A stretch of DNA of 64,000 nucleotides from an uncultured Acidobacteriota bacterium (GTDB taxonomy: Bacteria; Acidobacteriota; Vicinamibacteria; Vicinamibacterales; JAKQTR01). The first letter of the stretch is position 1, and every line of letters begins with the position of its first letter. The stretch is taken from assembly GCA_963834645.1 (NCBI GenBank), contig CAWICP010000019.1, positions 110,544 to 174,543 on the forward strand, in the 5' to 3' direction. The notes under the pieces are model-generated. The model ran no database searches. It was not told the origin of the DNA and saw nothing but the letters and a program-made list of their open reading frames with translations. Both the position numbers and the translations under genes were made by a program. Below are positions 50,987 through 57,512 of this stretch, in pieces.

Positions 50987-52262
50987 GCGTGTCCGCTCCG
51001 GTGCCCTTCCAGCCATAGAGCGCGACCACCAGGAAGCAGGCAAGCGGCGCGTAGTAGGCCAGTTGAATGCTGCCGGTGGCGTCCGAGATGCGCCCCATGA
51101 CGAGCGGGATGATCGCGCCGCCGACAATCGCCATGACGAGCAGCGAAGACCCGAGCTTCGCGAGTTCCCCGGTGTGCTTGATCCCGAGATCGAAAATCGT
51201 CGGGAACATGATCGACATGAAGAAGGGCACCAGCATCAGCGCCGAGACGGCCGTCATGCCGGACGTGTTGATGGCGATGCCGAGCAGGGCCACGCTCGCC
51301 AGAGCGTATGCGGTGAGCAGGCGGACGGGGCGCACGAAGCGCATGGCGAAGGTGCCGGCGAATCGGCCCACCATGAAGCCGACCATGGCGATGCTGCCCC
51401 AGAGAAACGCCGCGCGCCGGTCGGTGAGGCCGGCGGTCTGCTGCGAGAACCTGACGAAGAAGCTGCCGACGCCGATCTGGGCGCCGACGTAGAAGAACTG
51501 CGCCACCACGGCCAGCACCAGGTTGGGGTGGTGCAGCACCCGCCGCGTGAAGGCCATGCCGTGCTCGCCCTCGCCCTCGGCGGGCACCTCCGGGATGCGA
51601 TACCGGAAGAAGAGCAGCATCACGGCGATGATGACGCCGGCGAGCACCAGGTACGGCAGGACCACGCTCCCGGCTTCGCGCTGCAGGTACGCCTGCCGGG
51701 CCGCCTCGGTGAAGCCGGCGAACTCGGCGTCGGTATACGTGATGCCCGAGAGGATGAGGCTGCCCCCGATGAGCGGTGTCACGACGGCGCCGACGCCGTT
51801 GAACGACTGCGACAGGTTGAGGCGCGAGGTGGAATGGGCCGGGTCGCCGAGGCCCGAGATATAGGGGTTCGCCACCGTCTCGAGAAACGCCGCGCCGAAG
51901 CCGAAGATGAACAGGGCGGTGAGGAACGTCCCGTACGTCCGGCTGTAGGCCGCCGGCACGAACAGCAGCGCGCCGAGGGCGAACAGCGCGAGGCCGCTCA
52001 GAATCGTGAACCGGTAGCCCCTCCGCTGGATCAGGAGGCCGGCGGGGATCGCGGCCAGGAAGTACGCGATGTAGATGGCGACGTCGATGAAGGCCGACTC
52101 CATGTCGCTCAGGAGCAGCGCCTTCTTCAGGTGCGGGATCAGGATCCCGTTGATGTTGTGCACGAACGCCCAGAAGAAGAAGAGCGTCGTCACGAGGAGG
52201 AACGGCACCACCAGGTGCCGATCCTGCCTGCGGTAACCCGTGTAGCGGTAGAACCAGTTCAT
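50979..52262 (-). CDS. FucP/glucose-galactose porter family MFS permease (L-fucose:H+ symporter-like)
   Basis: ATG 52262 opens an intact ORF. It matches E. coli FucP block by block. Matches include PFLLVTTLFFFWAFVHNINGILIPHLKKA, YFLAAIPAGLLIQRRGY, ALGALLFVPAA, FLETVANPYISGLG and RLNLSQSFNGVGAVV. Further matches are AQFFYVGAQIG, MSIMFPTIFDLGIK and LVMAIVGGAIIPLVMG. Confidence 0.88.
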   Translation of the reverse strand: MNWFYRYTGYRRQDRHLVVPFLLVTTLFFFWAFVHNINGILIPHLKKALLLSDMESAFIDVAIYIAYFLAAIPAGLLIQRRGYRFTILSGLALFALGALLFVPAAYSRTYGTFLTALFIFGFGAAFLETVANPYISGLGDPAHSTSRLNLSQSFNGVGAVVTPLIGGSLILSGITYTDAEFAGFTEAARQAYLQREAGSVVLPYLVLAGVIIAVMLLFFRYRIPEVPAEGEGEHGMAFTRRVLHHPNLVLAVVAQFFYVGAQIGVGSFFVRFSQQTAGLTDRRAAFLWGSIAMVGFMVGRFAGTFAMRFVRPVRLLTAYALASVALLGIAINTSGMTAVSALMLVPFFMSIMFPTIFDLGIKHTGELAKLGSSLLVMAIVGGAIIPLVMGRISDATGSIQLAYYAPLACFLVVALYGWKGTGADTHG

Positions 52263-52273
52263 GGGCGCGATCG

Positions 52274-53423
52274 TCAGAAGATGGCGTAGTGCCGCCGGAT
52301 CCGGACCTGGATGGCGTCGGGCACGAATCCGTCGGCGACGAGGATGAGATAGCCGCCGCCGCCGGCCCCGCTGAGCTTCCAGCCGCGTGCGACGCCGCGG
52401 TAGGCGTCGATCTGATCGTAGATGGCCTGACTGGCCATGTTCGGGAACATCGCGACCTGCGCGTCGAACGACGCGGTGAACGCCCGGCCGACACGCGGGA
52501 AGGTCCATGGCCCGGATGGCCGCCCAGCAGTCGTCGGCGGCGGCCGCCAGCGCGCGCGCGCCATCGGCGGTCACGCGCGTCTCGCCGAGCACGCTGAACT
52601 CGGCCGCCCTCGGGCCGAGCGGCACCAGGTGCAGGCGCCGCTCGAGCCACGCCAGCACCTCCTCGTCGTCGACCGTCTCGATCGCGTACGGCCAGTAGGC
52701 GCCGTTGTACTCGAGCCGGTTGAGCCCGGGATAGACGATGCCGATCGCGTCCTGGGAGCCGGCCACTTCCTTGGTGCCGGGCGGGTTCTCGTAGCTGAAC
52801 AGGATCTTGGCCACCTGCTCCTTGTTGCCCTGGGGCAGGGCGGTCCGCCAGAGCTCGATGGCCTTGTTCCGCGTGCTCGACGCCATGCCGCTGCGGTTGT
52901 TGAACTCGTGCGTCGGCTCGATGGAAATCGTCAGGACGGCGCCGGGATGATGGCAGGACACGAACGGCTGGTCGAGCCAGCCCCCCGCGAGATCGATCCG
53001 GAACGGGATCGTGCACGCGTCGCGAAGGGCCGTCGTGCTTCGCGCCGGCAGGCCGCCGTGCGGCAGCCGGCGGAGGACGAGGTACTCGATGCCCATCTCG
53101 CGGCACAGCTGCGCTTTGCTCTCGTGCGCGCCGTCCTCGTTGACGACGAACACGTCGGGCCTGACCTCGCGCAGTTCGTCGACGAAGTCGAGCAGGCCCA
53201 TCCCGCGGCTGATGCGGCACTCCTTCACGCACCGCAGCGAGTCGATGAGGTACTTCCGCTCGTCCTGCGGGTTGACGGGGTAGCGGCCCTTGAGGCGGAA
53301 CACGCACTCGTCGTTGCCGACCGAGACGTGCAGGTCTCCGTGCGTCGCGGCCTCGGTGAGAAAGGCCACGTGCCCGCTGTGCAGGAGGTCGAACGTGCCG
53401 CTGACGAAGGCCTTGCGCGGCAT
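52274..53423 (-). pseudogene. Fusion: HIGH-motif (cytidylyltransferase-like) nucleotidyltransferase + fucokinase-like GHMP kinase; one frame break (~52500)
   Basis: ATG 53423 opens the N-terminal domain MPRKAFVSGTFDLLHSGHVAFLTEAATHGDLHVSVGNDE...VFVVNEDG (TagD/RfaE-domain-II type). The kinase part reads IPFRIDLAGGWLDQPFVS...NNRSGMASSTRNKAIELW. After the break it reads FPRVGRAFTASFDAQVAMFPNM...GWKLSGAGGGGYLILVADG, stop TGA 52274 (ORF 52274..52564). Confidence 0.75.
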
Positions 53424-53430
53424 GCGGCGG

Positions 53431-54399
53431 CTACCGGGACGCGGCCCTGGCCGCCTTCACCTGCGACGCGATCCAGGGATAGGTGAGCGCCAGGCCCGCC
53501 TCGAGGTCCACCTTCGACGTCCAGCCGAGCGAGTAGATGCGCGCGTTGCTGAAGTTGCGCGAGTGCACGCCCACGGGGCCGTCCACGTGCCGGATGTTGA
53601 TCGTCTTGCCGGCCACCCGGGCGGTCGTGAGCGCCAGTTCGTCCACCGTCACGTACTGCGGGCAGCCGATGTTCGCCGCCCCGTGCAGATCCGAGTGGGT
53701 GAGCGCGAAGATGCCGTCGACCATGTCGCTGACGTAGGTGTAGGAGCGGACGGCCGAGCCGTCGCCCCAGACGTCGATCGTGCCGCCGTCCTCGATCTCG
53801 GCAATCTTGCGGCACATGGCCGCCGGCGCCTTCTCGCGGCCGCCGGTCCAGGTGCCCTCCGGCCCGTAGCAGTTCTGGAACCGCGCGATCCGCACCTGCA
53901 TGCCGTAGCGCCGTTCGTACGCCTCCGCGATGCGCTCCGAGTAGAGCTTCTCCCATCCGTACTCGTTGTCCGGGTTCGCCGGCACGGCTTCGGCTTCCGT
54001 CATCTCGGGCTCGCCCGGCTGCATGTCGCGGTAGACGCAGACCGACGACGAGAAGAAGTAGCGCGGCACGCCGAGCCGGGCGGCCTGGTCGGTCATGTAG
54101 ATGTTGATGAGCGCGCTGTTGTGCATGATCTCGGTTTCGGCCGAGTGGATGAACCCCATCCCGCCCATGTCGGCCGCCAGCTGGTAGACCTCGTCGAACG
54201 GACCGCCGCCGACGGTGAGCGCCTCCCGGCAGTTGGCCTCCACGCGCAGGTCGAGTTGCTTGAACTCGTCCGCCCCGTCGGGCGACCACTCGTGCCGCTT
54301 GATGTCGACGCCGCGCACCCAGTAGCCGAGCCCGCGCAGCTTCTTCACGAGATGCATGCCGATGAATCCGCCCGCCCCGCACACCAACGCTCGCTTCAC
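53431..54399 (-). CDS. GDP-mannose 3,5-epimerase-like extended SDR (plant GME homologue)
   Basis: GTG 54399 is preceded by GGAGGA and opens an intact ORF. It starts VKRALVCGAGGFIGMHL. It contains LAADMGGMGFI, YGWEKL, RFQNCYGPEGTWTGGREKAPAAMCRK, VWGDGSAVRSYTYV and GPVGVHSRNFSN. These blocks match my recollection of Arabidopsis GME almost residue for residue. Confidence 0.85.
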   Translation of the reverse strand: MKRALVCGAGGFIGMHLVKKLRGLGYWVRGVDIKRHEWSPDGADEFKQLDLRVEANCREALTVGGGPFDEVYQLAADMGGMGFIHSAETEIMHNSALINIYMTDQAARLGVPRYFFSSSVCVYRDMQPGEPEMTEAEAVPANPDNEYGWEKLYSERIAEAYERRYGMQVRIARFQNCYGPEGTWTGGREKAPAAMCRKIAEIEDGGTIDVWGDGSAVRSYTYVSDMVDGIFALTHSDLHGAANIGCPQYVTVDELALTTARVAGKTINIRHVDGPVGVHSRNFSNARIYSLGWTSKVDLEAGLALTYPWIASQVKAARAASR

Positions 54400-54436
54400 G
54401 GCCGTCCTCCGGAATGAAAGGTCGCAGTTCGCGGGA

Positions 54437-55052
54437 TCACGTCGCCCGCACGCGGTCTTCGACGCCACTTTGCGGGGACCCGCTGCCGGCGGGTTCGCCC
54501 GCGGTGCCGTGGGCCTCGAGGAGGCGCTCGTGGCCCAGCTTCAGCCGGCCCTGTTCGACCTCGTCGACGCCGGCCGCGCTGATGGCCAGCATGCCCGACT
54601 CGAGACGCTCGAGCCAGCCCTTCGCCCGCAGGTACCAGATGTGAAATTCCACCAGTTCGAGGGGCGTGCGCATCAGCCGGGCGACTTCGTACTCGCCGAT
54701 GCCGGGCAGCGCCATGCTCCGGCGCCGCTGGACGTAGAACAGGGAGAGCATCCGCTCCCGCATGTCCCGGTCCTGGTCGAACGCGGTTCCGTCGCCCGAC
54801 TCGGAGACCAGCTTCCACTTGCGGTTCCAGTACTCCTGGTACGTCCGCGTCGTAGCCGGCCCGGGACTCCGGGTCGGTCAGCACCCGGTGTGCCTCCACC
54901 AGGCGGCGGAACTTCTCGTCGTCGGGCGAGTCCTGGTGATCGGGATGGTATTTCTTGGCCAGGTGCCGGAACACGCGCTGAATCGTCTCTTCGTCGGCGT
55001 TCGAGCTGACCTGAAGCAGCTCGTAGTAGTCGACGAAACTGGTGAGATCCAA
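54437..55052 (-). pseudogene. J-domain (DnaJ-like) protein with C-terminal winged-helix-like region; one frame break (~54848)
   Basis: The TTG 55052 start is tentative (GGAGAGG 7 nt upstream). The J domain reads DYYELLQVSSNADEETIQRVFRHLAKKYHPDHQDSPDDEKFRRLVEAHRVLTDPESRAGYD, with the HPD motif. It continues as YQEYWNRKWKL...EYEVARLMRTPLELVEFHIWYLRAKGWLERLESGMLAISAAG (ORF 54437..54763). Confidence 0.7.
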
Positions 55053-55245
55053 GGGCCATCCTCTCCGAGGCACGGCGGCGGGGCCGCAGCGCCTCCAATT
55101 CATCCAAGTATTCGTCGGCGCGCGGGGATGTCAAGGAGTTTCCTGCCGCCGCGGGTGTAGACTGGGCCAGCACGAACGGCTGCTGCGCCCATGAACGCCC
55201 TCTTTTCTCGGTCACGTTTCCGCCGGCACGAGCCGCAGGCTCGAA

Positions 55246-55600
55246 TTGGTGCACGTCGAGAGCGGAGCCGTGCTCGCGTCCCGCGTGGCGGTCGGAGAGG
55301 CGGCGCGGTTCGGGAGGACGCGGCGTCGCGCCCGGGCAGGCGGATGGTGGAGACATCGTGGTCGTGTCTCCCGGCCGGTGGATCCACACGCGTCTTCGCG
55401 AAGTCGCCGATCGACGTGGCGTTTCTTGGCGCCGATGGGACCATCCTCAGGACCCGGCGTGCCCTGAAGCCGGGAAGGGCCGCTGCCGTGCGCGGGTCGC
55501 AGGCGGTCATCGAAGGCAGGGCGGGGTTCATCACGCGTGCGGGGCTCGCCGTCGGCGACCGTGTCGCGCTTCGCGAGGCACAGGCGCCGAGGCCGGCCAG
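55246..55600 (+). pseudogene. DUF192-family protein; at least two frame breaks (~55310, ~55395); 3' end undefined (no in-frame stop before 56471)
   Basis: The first piece is LVHVESGAVLASRVAVGEAARFG. It continues as RGVAPGQADGGDIVVVSPGRWIHT and then RVFAKSPIDVAFLGADGTILRTRRALKPGR...AVIEGRAGFITRAGLAVGDRVAL. This follows the DUF192 pattern (IHT...FPIDVVFLD...LElpaG). It may be fused to the next reading frame. Confidence 0.5.
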
Positions 55601-55719
55601 GGACGTGGCGCCGTGGCGTTCGGCGCTCGACGAGGACGGAGACTCGCCGCCGCGCGGCGCGCCCGACGCCTTCTGGGACACCGACGCCGAGGTCGATCCG
55701 TGGGACGTCGGCTCCCTCG

Positions 55720-56973
55720 ATGCGCCTCGGCATCGCGGCCCCACCTGTCCAGGTCCGCAGCGAGAAGCGGAGCCGCGGCGGTTCCGGCGCCAGAGGCCCA
55801 GGCGCACAGGCGCCCGGCTCCGCCCCGCGGCGTCTCGCTCGCGCAACTGGTCGCCCGCCAGACGCCGATCGAGTGGTTCGAAGCGGTCGCGATCACGGAA
55901 GGGATCTGCGCGGCGCTGCTCGCAGGACGCACCGGCAGGCGGGCAGGGGAGTTCCCGAGGCCGAGGAGATCGCGATCACTCCCGAGGGGGAGATCGACCT
56001 GCTCGCCGAAGGGCCGCGGGATGCGCCGTCGCCGCGGCTCGCCCGGCTGCTGCACGCGCTGAGCGAAGGCGCGCAGGGCCTGCCCGTGCAGCTCAGGCTC
56101 CTGGTGTTGCAGGAACTGTCGCCCTCGCCGGCGTGCGCGACGACGCTGGAGTTCTCGACGAAGCTCGCGCTCTACGAGCGCCCCGGCCGCGCCAACCTGA
56201 TACGCGGGGTGTACCGAGCGGTTCCAGCGGTTGCCGCCTCGGGATGCGGAAAGCCGTCCTGCGAGTCAGCCCGCGCACGCGCCGGCGCCGCAGCCGGAGG
56301 CGTGGTGGCGCAGGCGGGTCGTTCGGGGAGCCGCCGCCGCGGCGCTGGCCGTGCTGCTGGTCGCCACCGCGACGGTCTGGCTGTGGAACGCGGCGTCGCC
56401 CCCGCCGCCGGGGACCGTCGACCGTCGCGGTCCGGTGGCGCGTGCGGTGTCCGCGGCGGGAGCGTCAGTGACGGAAGCGGCCGCGGGCAGCGCGCGAACC
56501 GTTTCGCGCTGGCTCGGCCTCGAAGCCACCGACAGGCCGACGTGCCGTACCCGCCGTTGACGTCATCGAGGCACCGGCCGCGGTGGCCACCGCTCCGGCG
56601 CGGCGGCGTGCCGCGCGCAGGCCGGTGCCGGCCGCGCCCGCTCCCGGCGTGAGCAGGGAAGCGGATCCGCCTCCTGAATCGTGGGACACCACGGTGTATT
56701 CGAACGTCGACCCGGAAGTCGTGCCGCCGGCGCTCGTGCGATCGCGCCTTCCGTCCAGACCCGCCGAAGGGCATGCGCTCTGACGCGCTCCCGGAAGTGG
56801 AAATCGTCGTGTCGTCGAGCGGCGAGGTCGAGTCCGTGAAACTCGTGACCGAGCAGGCCGGCGTCGGGCCGTCGATGATGCTGAGCGCCATCAAGGCCTG
56901 GCGCTTCCGGCCCGCGACGCGCGATGGAGAGCCGGTGCGCTACAGGCTGCGCATGCGCTTGACGAACCAGTGA
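55720..56973 (+). pseudogene. Single-pass membrane protein with C-terminal TonB-like domain; at least 5 frame breaks; start uncertain
   Basis: The first recognisable piece is VSLAQLVARQTPIEWFEAVAITEGICAALLAG. It continues as EEIAITPEGEIDLLAEGPRDAPSPRLARLLHALSEGAQGLPVQLRLLVLQELSP. The TM helix is VVRGAAAAALAVLLVATATVWLW. It then reads WDTTVYSNVDPEVVPPALVRSRLPSRP. The last piece is LPEVEIVVSSSGEVESVKLVTEQAGVGPSMMLSAIKAWRFRPATRDGEPVRYRL, stop TGA 56971-56973. Breaks are near 55832, 55952, 56220, 56540 and 56772. Confidence 0.45.
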
Positions 56974-57011
56974 CCGCCGGCCGGTTCCCGAATCCGATCC
57001 GGCCGGTCGGT
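56973..57011 (+). terminator. GC hairpin (12 bp, one bulge) right after the TonB-like gene
   Basis: The hairpin is accgccggccgg (14-nt loop) ccggccggtcggt. It begins at the last base of the stop codon. There is no U-tract. Confidence 0.4.
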
Positions 57012-57025
57012 AACTCAACGAACGA

Positions 57026-57056
57026 TTGATCTTGCGGCGACGTGCTCTGCTATAAT
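57026..57056 (+). promoter_or_regulatory. Sigma-70-type promoter candidate with extended -10 (TGcTATAAT)
   Basis: TTGATC lies at 57026-57031 and TG at 57048-57049, with a perfect TATAAT at 57051-57056. The spacer is 19 nt, which is long, but the extended -10 compensates. This is the only AT-rich patch in the 160-nt gap upstream of the 57135/57513 genes. Confidence 0.4.
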
Positions 57057-57134
57057 CCGGCTGCCTCGCGGCCCGGCCCTGATGGCGCGGGATGCGAGAG
57101 GCGTTAGTCATGCACCCAACGTGAGGAGGGGAAT

Positions 57135-57498
57135 GTGACGAGTCCTACGTGCTTGTGGAGGCGCCTGCTGGCGCGAGTCCTGGTACTCGCCCTTGCCCTC
57201 GGCGCCGCTCCCTGCGGACTGCCTGGCCGGCGGCACCCCGCCTGCTGGCGAGTCCACACCCACGCTCGCTGCCTCCATCCAGAAGGCGGTCGCGATCGAG
57301 ACGGCGAAGATGAGTCAGGCACGAGCCGCTTCGTCGGTGGCGAGTCAGGACCCCGCGCAGCCGAAGGCCGACCTGGGGTCGAAGAGCTTCTTCAAGTCGC
57401 GGGCCGGCCTCATCGCGCTGGTGCTCGTGGGTGTGGGGACGGGAGTCGCCCTCTATTCCACCAGCAACGACCGAATCAGCTCACCGGGCAGGAAGTAG
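57135..57498 (+). pseudogene. Small exported/membrane-anchored protein, unknown function; one frame break (~57220)
   Basis: GAGGAGGGG precedes GTG 57135. The signal-like N-terminus is TSPTCLWRRLLARVLVLALALGAAPC. It continues in ORF 57193..57498 as LAGGTPPAGESTPTLAASIQKAVAIETAKMSQ...FFKSRAGLIALVLVGVGTGVALY (C-terminal TM helix). Confidence 0.45.
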
Positions 57499-57512
57499 GA
57501 GGACGCTGAACC

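Noticed and set aside
47333-51100. Listed 1,255-aa ORF extending the M16 protease through 49.6-51.1 kb.
   Set aside because: The protease sequence ends at ~49478 in that frame and finishes in another frame at TAG 49581. Beyond that, the ORF is antisense to the dehydrogenase and mutarotase genes.
50979-53423. Listed 814-aa ORF suggesting a nucleotidyltransferase-kinase-permease triple fusion.
   Set aside because: After the ~52500 break, the listed frame turns into Arg-rich nonsense (LPACRPGVHRVVRRAGRD...). The true kinase C-terminus continues in ORF 52274..52564 and stops at 52274. FucP then starts at its own ATG 52262, which happens to be in the same frame.
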